DNA from: Candidatus Staskawiczbacteria bacterium RIFOXYD1_FULL_32_13
GTDB taxonomy: Bacteria; Patescibacteriota; Minisyncoccia; Minisyncoccales; Staskawiczbacteraceae
Assembly: GCA_001820485.1 (NCBI GenBank)
Contig: MHPU01000039.1
Coordinates: forward strand, 30,904-94,903
Length of the DNA: 64,000 bases
Direction of reading: 5' to 3'
Part shown: piece after piece, positions 9,050 to 18,793 of the stretch
How positions within the stretch are numbered: position 1 is the first letter of the stretch
How the letters are laid out: each line of letters starts with the position of its first letter
Notes under the pieces: model-generated
Seen by the model: the letters and a program-made list of their open reading frames with translations, nothing else
What the model was told of the DNA's origin: nothing
Databases searched by the model: none
Position numbers and translations under genes: made by a program

Positions 9050-12000
9050 GTAGAGAAATTTTAGAGGATATAATCAAAGATTTTAATCCGGAAAAATTTG
9101 TTAGATTTTTTAGAGCAAAAAACTCTTCTACTTTTTTGCCTATTAAAGAGAATTTAGATCATTATAAAGATGCCAATTTTAAGGACGGGATTAAATTAGG
9201 GGAAATAAAGTTTTCAGAAGATGATAAATTGATAATTTGTGCGTTTAAGGCAGGCAAGTCTCTTTCTGAAAGGAGTGGTAAGAAGGCTCAATATGAACTT
9301 GGCAGAAAGGTTTTAAAGGAAAATCAAATTGATGCAGGAATTTTTATATTTTATGATGAGGAAAAAAAGTTTCGTTTTTCTTTAATTTATACAAATTATT
9401 TAGAGAGTAAGAAGAAAGATTGGAGTGCTTTTCGCAGATATACATATTTTGTCGGGGAGGGAACAAATAAGACATTTTTAAAACAAATTGGGGAAAAAGA
9501 TTTCTCAACCTTGAATAATGTTAAAAATGCCTTTTCAATTTCAGCTGTAACAGATATTTTTTATAATGATTTTTTTGCGGAATACGATAAAATTTTAAAA
9601 TCTGTTGTCATCGTAAATAAAATTGATAACACAGAGAGGGCAGAAAGCTTTGTTCTTTTATTTGCTATAAGGACTATTTTTTTAGGATTTATTCAAAAGA
9701 AAAGATGGATTGGAGATAATGAAAATTTTATTCAAGATTTTTTTACAGAGTATAAGAATAAATATTTTAAAGAAGATAAATTCTATAAAAGGTGGCTTTG
9801 CCCATTGTTTTTTGAAGCATTAAATTCGCCTCCCGGAAGAAAGGTTGCATATAATAACAATGAATTCTCAAAGGAAACAGAGCAACAGTTACAAATGTCG
9901 CCATATTTGAATGGGGGTCTTTTTAAGAAGAAAAATGACTTTGATGATCAGGGCTGGATAATTCCCGACAAAGAAATAGATAGTTTTTTTAATTTCCTTT
10001 TTTCTTATAGTTTTACAATAGAAGAAAACTCTCCCGAAGACGAGGACTTACAATTAAATCCGGAGTTTTTAGGGATTATTTTTGAAAGATTAGTTAATAA
10101 AAAAGATGGAGCCGTTTATACTCCAAGAACAGAAGTTGATTTAATGTGTAGATTAAGTTTGGTTAAATGGTTGCAAAAAAATCTTAAAGTTCAAGTAAAA
10201 ATAGATGACATTTACAAATTATTATTTAAGGAAAGTGATAAAGAACAACAAACAATAGGCGATTTATCAAAAGAAGATGCTGAGTATGTTTTGAAATTAT
10301 TGGAAAATGTTATTGTATGCGACCCTGCTGTTGGTTCAGGTGCTTTTCTTGTAGGAATGATGCAGGTTTTAGATGAGGTTGGATATAATCTTAATGAGAA
10401 AATAGGGGCTAAAAATAATAATGTTTTTGATAGAAAAAAGCAAATTATTGGTAGATCTCTTTATGGCGTAGAAGTAAAGGAATGGGCTGTTTGGATATGT
10501 CAGTTGCGTTTATGGTTATCATTATTTGTTGAAGCTCCAGATGATTTTAAAAATTCAATGGAAGCAATTTTACCAAGTTTAGATTTTAAAGTAAGGAAAG
10601 GCGATAGCCTTGTTCAAAGGGTTGGTTCAAAGTTATTTCCAATTACCGGACACATACAAATACAAAATAATTCTATAAAAGCAAAGATAACTCAATTAAA
10701 AAGTTTAAAAACAGAATACTACAATAACAAAGCAACAGTTTCAGATTGGGAGTTGAGGCAAAAGGAAAAACAAATTTATGATGATATTATAAATATTGAA
10801 ATTGATGAAAAACAAAATCAATTAAATAGTTTTAAAAACTACAAATCCAAAAAAACCGCTTCAATGTTTTCAGATATGACAGAGCCAGATCAAACAGAAC
10901 TTGAATTAGATAAAGATAAAATAGAAAAAATAAAATTGGAATTAGAGGATTTAAAAGAACAAAAAGCAATTTTATCAAAAGGAGAAAAGCCTTTGGTTTG
11001 GAGTATAGAGTTTGCCGAAGTTTTTGCAGAAAAAGGCGGATTTGATATTATTATTGGAAATCCACCATATGTTAGACAAGAGAGTATTTCAGATCCAACA
11101 GAAAAGATAAAAGATAAAAAAATATACAAAAACCTTCTTTCTGAAATGGTAAAAATGGATTTTCCAGATGATTTTTTAGCAAAGACAAAGATTAACGCTC
11201 AATCCGATTTATACACTTATTTTTATATTCGTGGACTGCGACTTTTAAACCCGTTGGGAGTGCATACTTTTATTTGTTCTAATTCGTGGTTAGATGTTGG
11301 TTATGGTGCTTGGCTTCAAGAGTTTTTATTAAAAAGATGCCCGGTTGATTTAATAATTGATAATCACGCAAAAAGAAGTTTTGAAGTAGCTGATGTTAAT
11401 ACTATAATTTCTATTGTTCACGCACCGCAAAAAAAAGTTGATGAAAATCATTTGGTAAAATTTGTTGCTTACAAAAGACCATTTGAAGAGATAATGTTTA
11501 CTGAAGATTTACTTATAGTTGAGAATACAAAAAAGGTTTTGGCGAATGATGGTTTTAGAGTTTATCCAATATCAGTAAAAGATTTAATAGATTTTGGCAC
11601 AGAATATGAGAATGAAAATCAGGAAAAATTAAAATCTGGAAAATACATTGGTGATAAGTGGGGAGGTAAATATCTCCGTGCTCCGGATATTTTCTTTACA
11701 ATTTTAGAGAAAGGAAAAGATAAGTTAGTAAAACTTGGCGATATCGCAAAAGTGAGCTTTGGAATTAAAACAGGAGTAAATGAATTTTTTTATCTTGATG
11801 ATGAAGCAATCAAAAAATGGGGGATTGAAAAGGATTTTTTAAAACCTGTCATTAAAAGTCCTCGTGAATGTAGAAGCATCTTGGTTGATCCTAAAGATTT
11901 AAAATACAAAATTTTTATTTGTAATAAAAGTAAAGAAGAGTTAAATGGAACAAATGCGTTGAAGTATATTGAATGGGGAGAAAAGCAAAAAACCAAAGAG

Positions 12001-12567
12001 GGCGTTTATTGGAAAAATGTTCCAAGCGTTTCTTCGCGTAAATTTTGGTGGGAAGCATCAATCCAAGAGTTTGCTTTTTGTTCATATCCAATGATAAATA
12101 ATATTAGGCTTATTTTTTTCAAAAATAACTTTATTCTAAATGACGCTAATTTGGTTGGAATTTATCCAAAAAAAGATTTTGGAAATTCTTTACTTGTTTC
12201 CTTAAATTCAACATATAATATGATAAATATGGAACTAATGGGTATAGCAAATTTAGGAGAAGGGGCGATAAAGCAAAATCCGATTTATATCAAAAAATCA
12301 ATCATTATTGACCCTGAAATAATACCAAACTATAAAGTAGAACCGTTTTTTAATCGGGAAATTTATTCAATTTTCGAGGAGTGTGGAATTGATCCAAAAT
12401 CGGAAACCCCCATTGAAGAGCAAGAACCAAAACCGTTACCGGATAGGGCAGAGTTAGACAATATAGTTTTTGATGCTTTGGGACTTAATAATGATGAACG
12501 TAAAGAAGTTTATCGTTCCGTTTGTCGTCTTGTTTGGAATAGAATAAGTAAAGCTAAGAGTGTTTAA
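9046..12567 (+). CDS. Large N6-adenine DNA methyltransferase (Eco57I/Type IIG-like)
   Basis: GAVYTP, DPAVGSGAFL, FDIIIGNPPY, C-terminal TRD-like region. Confidence 0.9.
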   Translation: MSREILEDIIKDFNPEKFVRFFRAKNSSTFLPIKENLDHYKDANFKDGIKLGEIKFSEDDKLIICAFKAGKSLSERSGKKAQYELGRKVLKENQIDAGIFIFYDEEKKFRFSLIYTNYLESKKKDWSAFRRYTYFVGEGTNKTFLKQIGEKDFSTLNNVKNAFSISAVTDIFYNDFFAEYDKILKSVVIVNKIDNTERAESFVLLFAIRTIFLGFIQKKRWIGDNENFIQDFFTEYKNKYFKEDKFYKRWLCPLFFEALNSPPGRKVAYNNNEFSKETEQQLQMSPYLNGGLFKKKNDFDDQGWIIPDKEIDSFFNFLFSYSFTIEENSPEDEDLQLNPEFLGIIFERLVNKKDGAVYTPRTEVDLMCRLSLVKWLQKNLKVQVKIDDIYKLLFKESDKEQQTIGDLSKEDAEYVLKLLENVIVCDPAVGSGAFLVGMMQVLDEVGYNLNEKIGAKNNNVFDRKKQIIGRSLYGVEVKEWAVWICQLRLWLSLFVEAPDDFKNSMEAILPSLDFKVRKGDSLVQRVGSKLFPITGHIQIQNNSIKAKITQLKSLKTEYYNNKATVSDWELRQKEKQIYDDIINIEIDEKQNQLNSFKNYKSKKTASMFSDMTEPDQTELELDKDKIEKIKLELEDLKEQKAILSKGEKPLVWSIEFAEVFAEKGGFDIIIGNPPYVRQESISDPTEKIKDKKIYKNLLSEMVKMDFPDDFLAKTKINAQSDLYTYFYIRGLRLLNPLGVHTFICSNSWLDVGYGAWLQEFLLKRCPVDLIIDNHAKRSFEVADVNTIISIVHAPQKKVDENHLVKFVAYKRPFEEIMFTEDLLIVENTKKVLANDGFRVYPISVKDLIDFGTEYENENQEKLKSGKYIGDKWGGKYLRAPDIFFTILEKGKDKLVKLGDIAKVSFGIKTGVNEFFYLDDEAIKKWGIEKDFLKPVIKSPRECRSILVDPKDLKYKIFICNKSKEELNGTNALKYIEWGEKQKTKEGVYWKNVPSVSSRKFWWEASIQEFAFCSYPMINNIRLIFFKNNFILNDANLVGIYPKKDFGNSLLVSLNSTYNMINMELMGIANLGEGAIKQNPIYIKKSIIIDPEIIPNYKVEPFFNREIYSIFEECGIDPKSETPIEEQEPKPLPDRAELDNIVFDALGLNNDERKEVYRSVCRLVWNRISKAKSV

Positions 12568-12579
12568 ATTACTAAAAAT

Positions 12580-15500
12580 ATGGATGAAAAAGGATTAAAT
12601 CCAAATATAAATGAAACATTTGAAATCAAGCCACATCAGAAATGGATTTGTGATTATTTAGATCGTCTTAATGAAAAGGAAAAGATATGTTCAGATGCGG
12701 TTATTCCTTCAAATTTAATTATAGGTGCTTTAATTGCAATTCACAATAAAGAAAAAAATCCTGATTGGATGGCACAGTCCGCTCACTCGTACAGGGAGAT
12801 ATTTTATTGGTTGGGCGGTAAAAGAGATAAAGGTGTTTTTTTTAAAATTAAATCATTTTCCTATGGTTGGCTTCATAAGCTTGGAATTAGAAATAAAGCA
12901 ATTGAAAGAATTGTTAATTATAAAATAAATAGCCAAAATAAAAAGAAGATAGAATATGTTCTACAAGTTTTGCACGAACAAAAGAGAGCAGAAATTATTG
13001 CAAACACCTTATATAAAATTTATTTGGCATTTACCAAAATTTCTCATCATTTTGCGAAAAAGGATAGCAGAAAAGATACAATCAAAATTTTTAGGCAGTT
13101 AGGGATAATTGTTGATGAGAAGAATTTCCCAACCAATGATAATTTTATTGACCTTGTTCGGATATTTGAAAATGTTTTGAGAGAGTCTTCGCTTGATCCT
13201 TTAAAAATTCACGAAAATATTGATTTATTCATTAAAGAAAGAAATAAAGATGCACCTTATTTGCGTTTACTTTTTTCGTTGAATTATGATGCTAAAAGAT
13301 TTTTCTTTTATCAGGCCGATGAAAATTGGTTGAGTTGGCTTTGGAAAAATGGCTTTTTAGACAATATAAAAAAGAAGGCAGAAAACTCAAATCAATATTC
13401 GTTCCGTATGCCTGAATTAAATTATTTGGTAAAAGTTACCGAGAAGAAACCTGTAGAGGTTATTGAGATTATAAAGTCAATAGAGATTTCAGGGCAAAAT
13501 TTTAATCCGGAAGTTGTTGATCGTTTCTTGTGGATCGCAAGGTCTTTGCCTGTAGATAAGGTTGGAGAATTAGTTGAGGGTGGCAGAATTGGTAAGTGGA
13601 TTTATTTAATGCACGCATATAATTTTAGGAAATCAGGATATGAATTTATGGAAATTATCAAAAATATTGAGAAAGCCAAAGAATACAAGGCATTGTTGGG
13701 TTTAGCAAAATCACTGCTTTCAATTAAAAAAGAAATTAAAAACGACACAGAAAGTTTTGGCGAAGACAATCCTTTTTATATAGCTGATTTAGATGCCTCT
13801 GGTGTTTTTAGTGCTTTGGCAGACATAGATAATGATGAACATACAGAGAGTGCTTTAATTTTAACTGTTGAAAAACTATCAGAAATTGTAAAATTGGGAG
13901 GCGTAAATAATGAAAAAGTTTTTGATTATCAAGATTTATTTTCTTTGCTTGATGTTGATATTTTTACTCTTGAAGTTGAGGAAAGTGGTGGAATTTCTTA
14001 TAGACAGGATGTTAAAAATTTAGTTGCCACAATCAAGAAGTTAATTGAGAGAACTATTGGCAATAATTGTGGCGATGAGAAAAAAGCAAGAAAAATGTTT
14101 GAACACATAAATAACCTATCATCTTGCCGTTCATCTTGGCGAATAAAATTATTTGCTTTATCACAATGTCCGGAAGTATTCAAGAGAGAACTTAAAGAAG
14201 CATTTTTTAGAGTATTTATTGACGATTATTACCAAATTGAAGGCGGAACAGAGTATAAAAAAACACTTGGAACTGCTTTTTATGTATTAGAAAAAACAGA
14301 TAGGCAAAAATACATTGATAAAGTTTTCGAGTTTTTTTCTAAAAAAGATGCAGAAAAAGAAAATGATAAGGAAGTTTGGCACAGAAGAACGGGTTGGGAA
14401 ATCTTGTCTGTGATATATTCTATTGGTCTTTTGAATAAAGAATATGAAAATAAATGTGAGCAAGTGTTTGGCAAAAAACCTAAAAAAGATTATGAACCAG
14501 AGCCTGTAATAGGCGAAACAAGAGGAGGAACTGTGATAGACAGGTCACCATTTGAATTAGCGGGTTTCTCGCCAGATCAAATAGCGGTAAATCTTAAATC
14601 AGAGTGGACTGTTAAAAAAATTGCAGATCTTTATAAAAATGATGATTTTTTACGCCCGCGAAATGCAGAGGGATTAGGTGATGCCTTGAAAGAGGACATA
14701 AAAGTGAGAACAACAGAATATCTTGAAAATATAAATAAGTTTTTTGATAGGGAGAAAATGCACTCTCATTATGTTTATTCTATTTTGCGTGGGATTGATG
14801 ATATATTAAGAAACAAACAACAATTAAAGCCTGAGCAAATAAAACAAATTTTTGATTTTTTTAAAATAATTATAAGTAGCGGTAAAAAAGAAGCATTTAT
14901 TGCAGAGAAAAGTGAGAATGGTTGGCTTGCAGATTGGATAACTGTTTGTAGGACAATGACGGACATATTGCTATATACAACGGAAAATAAAGAAACAAGA
15001 AAAGAAATACATAGTGACCACAAAGAATTTATAAAAAACTGCATAGCTTATCTTTTAACAATTACGCAAAGCCTTTCGGCAGAAGAAGAAAAACCGGAAT
15101 ACGGAGAATTATACACAGTTGCAATAAATTCTGTAAGAGGGAGGGCATATGAATTACTCGTTGTTTTTACAGAAAACGATGGTAATGTTTTAAGTGATGA
15201 TGTAAAAAGTATTTTCAAAAAAACACTCAAAGACAATTCTCTTGCAGTAAGGTTTGTAATAGGCAGATACTTGGCAACATTATATTTTAGAGATAAGGAT
15301 TTTGTGAAAGGTTTATTTTCAGATATTTTTACTATAAAAAATTCTGATAAAAAAGATGTTTATTTAGCAACTTGGGAAGGATATTTATCAAGTTCCTTGT
15401 ATGGAGAATTATTCAATGAATTAAAGGAATATTATGTTAATGCTATAAATTTTAATCCGGAAGAATATACCAAAAGAAAATACTATAAAGGGTTAGATGA

Positions 15501-16140
15501 AGCGTTGGCAATACATTTGGCTCTTGCTTTTATCTATTTAGATTTGAAGATAGGAGATCCGCTGTTTGAAGAGTTTTGGAAAGCTGAGAATACAAAAAGA
15601 CAAGAAGAATTCATATCTTTTATAGGTCAAAAATGTTTTTCAAGGAATAATTTTGAATATGGAGAAGAGGACAAATTTGATAGGAATAAGATGATTGAGT
15701 TTTGGAATTGGGCATTGAACAAAAAATTAAATCCGAAGATTTTGTCTGGCTTTGGTTTTTGGGTAAATCCAAAAAAGGAAATTATAGATGATAATTTATT
15801 GGCAGATAAAATTGCCGAAACAATGGAGCAATCTGACGGAGATATTGATTGGGACTATGGAATAATCGAGCGTTTATTGAAGTTTGCTGAAAAAAATAAG
15901 GAAAAAACATTGCAGATTATAAAAAATTATTTTCTTGATAAAGATAATAATCTTAATCAGCATCGCCGTGTTCCTATGTTTAGCACTGATAATGAGATCA
16001 AGGAAGCGTTAAAATATATTTATAATAATTCAGACAGCGAAGTAAAAGAAAAAGTTGAGGCGTTAATAGGTTTGCTCATAGAGAAAGGCAGTGATATGTT
16101 TTGGGGATTAAAGGAAATTATAAATAAAAGTAATTTATAA
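12580..16140 (+). CDS. Large helical-repeat hypothetical protein (1186 aa)
   Basis: Long ORF directly downstream of MTase; no NTPase motif recognised. Confidence 0.7.
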   Translation: MDEKGLNPNINETFEIKPHQKWICDYLDRLNEKEKICSDAVIPSNLIIGALIAIHNKEKNPDWMAQSAHSYREIFYWLGGKRDKGVFFKIKSFSYGWLHKLGIRNKAIERIVNYKINSQNKKKIEYVLQVLHEQKRAEIIANTLYKIYLAFTKISHHFAKKDSRKDTIKIFRQLGIIVDEKNFPTNDNFIDLVRIFENVLRESSLDPLKIHENIDLFIKERNKDAPYLRLLFSLNYDAKRFFFYQADENWLSWLWKNGFLDNIKKKAENSNQYSFRMPELNYLVKVTEKKPVEVIEIIKSIEISGQNFNPEVVDRFLWIARSLPVDKVGELVEGGRIGKWIYLMHAYNFRKSGYEFMEIIKNIEKAKEYKALLGLAKSLLSIKKEIKNDTESFGEDNPFYIADLDASGVFSALADIDNDEHTESALILTVEKLSEIVKLGGVNNEKVFDYQDLFSLLDVDIFTLEVEESGGISYRQDVKNLVATIKKLIERTIGNNCGDEKKARKMFEHINNLSSCRSSWRIKLFALSQCPEVFKRELKEAFFRVFIDDYYQIEGGTEYKKTLGTAFYVLEKTDRQKYIDKVFEFFSKKDAEKENDKEVWHRRTGWEILSVIYSIGLLNKEYENKCEQVFGKKPKKDYEPEPVIGETRGGTVIDRSPFELAGFSPDQIAVNLKSEWTVKKIADLYKNDDFLRPRNAEGLGDALKEDIKVRTTEYLENINKFFDREKMHSHYVYSILRGIDDILRNKQQLKPEQIKQIFDFFKIIISSGKKEAFIAEKSENGWLADWITVCRTMTDILLYTTENKETRKEIHSDHKEFIKNCIAYLLTITQSLSAEEEKPEYGELYTVAINSVRGRAYELLVVFTENDGNVLSDDVKSIFKKTLKDNSLAVRFVIGRYLATLYFRDKDFVKGLFSDIFTIKNSDKKDVYLATWEGYLSSSLYGELFNELKEYYVNAINFNPEEYTKRKYYKGLDEALAIHLALAFIYLDLKIGDPLFEEFWKAENTKRQEEFISFIGQKCFSRNNFEYGEEDKFDRNKMIEFWNWALNKKLNPKILSGFGFWVNPKKEIIDDNLLADKIAETMEQSDGDIDWDYGIIERLLKFAEKNKEKTLQIIKNYFLDKDNNLNQHRRVPMFSTDNEIKEALKYIYNNSDSEVKEKVEALIGLLIEKGSDMFWGLKEIINKSNL

Positions 16141-16141
16141 A

Positions 16142-16972
16142 ATGGATTATAAAACACCGGAAAATAAGAGCGAAAATAAATTACATAAAAAGTGGTGGTT
16201 TTGGATTGTGGTTGCAATGGTATTATTGAGTTTGATTAACAATAGATCTGAAAAGAAAGCAATAATAGAGAAAGGTAATTTAGCAAACTCGCAACAGGCA
16301 GAAGAAATAATTGATAATGATGAAGAGGAGTTAATTGATAATTCTGATAAAGAACTTTATGAGGTTGTAAAAGTTGTTGATGGCGACACCATCAATGTAA
16401 ATATAAATGGCAAAGTGGAAACATTAAGGCTAATTGGGATAAATACTCCGGAAACAGTTGATCCAAGAAAGGCAGTGATATGTTTTGGTAAAGAAGCATC
16501 TGATAAAGCAAAGCAGTTGCTAACAAATAAAAAGGTTCGTTTAGAAGGCGATGCAACGCAAGGAGAAAGAGATAAATATCAAAGACTTTTGCGTTATGTG
16601 TGGTTGGAAGACGGAACATTTTTTAATAAACTTATGATAAGTGAGGGTTATGCTTTTGAATATACCTACGATACTATTTACAAATATCAAGCAGAATTCA
16701 AACAAGCAGAAATAAGTGCAAGAACATCAAAAAAAGGATTGTGGGCTGATAATGTTTGTGACCAAACAAAAGTGCAAACTCCTGTTCAAATAATAACAAG
16801 CCAACCAGCAGATACAAGCAAAATTAACTGTTCGTCAAATACTTATAACTGCACAGATTTTAAGAGACAAAAAGAAGCTCAACAAGTATTTGATTTTTGT
16901 GGAGGAGTAAATAATGATATTCACAAACTTGATGCAGATAAAGACGGGCTTGTTTGTGAAAGTTTGCCTTGA
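16142..16972 (+). CDS. Membrane-anchored thermonuclease (SNase) with Excalibur-like C-terminus
   Basis: VVDGDT, RLIGINTPE, DKYQRLLRYV, GLW; C-terminal C..F...LDADKDGLVCE. Confidence 0.9.
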   Translation: MDYKTPENKSENKLHKKWWFWIVVAMVLLSLINNRSEKKAIIEKGNLANSQQAEEIIDNDEEELIDNSDKELYEVVKVVDGDTINVNINGKVETLRLIGINTPETVDPRKAVICFGKEASDKAKQLLTNKKVRLEGDATQGERDKYQRLLRYVWLEDGTFFNKLMISEGYAFEYTYDTIYKYQAEFKQAEISARTSKKGLWADNVCDQTKVQTPVQIITSQPADTSKINCSSNTYNCTDFKRQKEAQQVFDFCGGVNNDIHKLDADKDGLVCESLP

Positions 16973-17060
16973 TTGTTTTTCTGAAAGTAGTATTATAAAG
17001 TTGAAAACTTAATAATTCGTGCCTAACCCTTATAAGAAATTATAAGGTATGGCATAAAAT

Positions 17061-17162
17061 CGTTGAACACATTAAACCCGTCATTCGGGGGTCGTGTTCA
17101 ACGTTATACAGGGAAACTTGTATATGAGTCGCAAGACTCACCCTTCTGTGGCGGGTTTTGTG
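17061..17162 (+). promoter_or_regulatory. Structured leader / candidate cis-regulatory RNA
   Basis: CGTTGAACAC/GTGTTCAACG and AAACCCGTCA/TGGCGGGTTT pairings plus two GNRA hairpins. Confidence 0.45.
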
Positions 17163-17173
17163 TTATGTGATAT

Positions 17174-17653
17174 ATGAATTCCATAAATAATTTTATAAAT
17201 AAAAAATTAACTCAAGTCGCAAGATGGATATTATTTATACCCGTTAGTTTTATAGTTTATTGGTCATCCACATTTATAGTTTACATTGGAATTACATTTC
17301 TATATTATTTTTTGAGTCAGTTGAAATGGTATTTTTTAATTCCAGCAATTTTTCCGGCTTTTTTTATTTTGTCAATTATCGCAGGAGGACTTTGGTCTTG
17401 TTTTTATATTGGGCTGTTTTTAAGTCCAAACAGATTATTATGTTGGTTGCTTGCGGGGTGGTTTATTTTTTCAGCACTTTCTGGGATTTCAGGATATTGT
17501 ACGCCAATACCAGTATCTGAAGATAAAGTTATTATACAGTTGCCTTGTTGGGCTTATATTATTTTGCAGTTATATATTGTGATTTGTCTGGTCATTTCTG
17601 CAATTATTGCGAGTGTTAATATTGGAGAAAGGAATAAAGTAAAGAATATTTAA
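17174..17653 (+). CDS. Integral membrane hypothetical protein
   Basis: About four hydrophobic segments. Confidence 0.7.
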   Translation: MNSINNFINKKLTQVARWILFIPVSFIVYWSSTFIVYIGITFLYYFLSQLKWYFLIPAIFPAFFILSIIAGGLWSCFYIGLFLSPNRLLCWLLAGWFIFSALSGISGYCTPIPVSEDKVIIQLPCWAYIILQLYIVICLVISAIIASVNIGERNKVKNI

Positions 17654-17660
17654 TAATTTT

Positions 17661-18599
17661 ATGTTTATAAAAAATGTAAAAATAATTAAAATAACAGGAA
17701 TGATTGTATTGGGCGTTTTTGTTATATTTATTTTTATAATTGGTTTTATTCAATATAAAAATTATATTTATAATGAAGATATTGTAAAAAAACAATCTCA
17801 GTCTTTTGTAGAAGATCAAAATAGAAAGTTAGAGGAGGCGAAAAAAGAGTTTGAAGCGTTCAAAATTGAAAGTCAGCAAAAGATGGACGAAGTCAAAAAT
17901 CAGATAAAAAATAATCCGATAAACAAGGAAATTATTGTTAAAGATGTTCAAAAAGCCGGAACAGAAGAAAGTCTATCTACGATTGTATCGCAATGGAGAC
18001 CGATAATAGCTTACATATCTTGCAAATGGATTTATAGTTCAACAGGAGAAACTCTTGCTACTTCTACTGGGTCGGGAGTATTGGTTCAATTAAGTGGAAG
18101 TATTTATGTCATTACCAATAGGCACGTTTTAGAGAGTAGTTTTGATGCATTAAGAAATGGGGAAAAGTATGGAGCAGATTTTTGTGATATTACACTCCCG
18201 AATGGAAATTATGCATTTAAAGTTTATCAAAGTTCATTTAAAGGATCCTCAACAAACGATTTAGGTGGATTGAAGATAGAATATCCAACAGATTATATTA
18301 AAAATCTTTCTGCTGTTGATTTTCTAAGATGCAAAAATAAGGCTCTTATAGGAGATGCTGTGGCAATTATCGGTTATCCTGGAATAGGGTCAAAAGTAGA
18401 TATTACAGTTACAAAAGGAATTATTTCTGGTTATGAAGGGGACTATTATATTACTGATGCAAAGGTTGAACACGGTAATTCCGGTGGCGTAGCAATATTA
18501 TTAAAAGATAATTGCTATTTGGGAATACCAACATATGCAATATCGGGAGAAGTAGAAACTCTTGCGAGGATATTAGATCAGTCAATAGTTTTTAAATAA
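17661..18599 (+). CDS. Membrane-anchored trypsin-like serine protease
   Basis: GSG, TNRHV, IGYP, GNSGG; N-terminal TM and coiled coil. Confidence 0.88.
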   Translation: MFIKNVKIIKITGMIVLGVFVIFIFIIGFIQYKNYIYNEDIVKKQSQSFVEDQNRKLEEAKKEFEAFKIESQQKMDEVKNQIKNNPINKEIIVKDVQKAGTEESLSTIVSQWRPIIAYISCKWIYSSTGETLATSTGSGVLVQLSGSIYVITNRHVLESSFDALRNGEKYGADFCDITLPNGNYAFKVYQSSFKGSSTNDLGGLKIEYPTDYIKNLSAVDFLRCKNKALIGDAVAIIGYPGIGSKVDITVTKGIISGYEGDYYITDAKVEHGNSGGVAILLKDNCYLGIPTYAISGEVETLARILDQSIVFK

Positions 18600-18604
18600 A
18601 AGTT

Positions 18605-18787
18605 ATGGAAGAAAATATAAAAAAATATTTAATATGGATTGTTGTTTTTGTGGTAGTTGCAGTAGTTTTTTATATTTTGTGTCCGAAGTATTATTTCATA
18701 ATAGATTATGGTGTATGGCATAGGTGCAATGAAATAACTGGAACTTGCGAATATTTTTCAGATAATAGTAAATGGATACCGCGTTAA
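18605..18787 (+). CDS. Small membrane protein
   Basis: 60 aa, one TM, RCNEITG motif, co-oriented with neighbours. Confidence 0.55.
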   Translation: MEENIKKYLIWIVVFVVVAVVFYILCPKYYFIIDYGVWHRCNEITGTCEYFSDNSKWIPR

Positions 18788-18793
18788 AAATTT

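Noticed and set aside
5687-12567. Canonical DISARM or BREX call
   Set aside because: No recognisable DrmA/DrmB (DUF1998), PglZ or BrxC genes.
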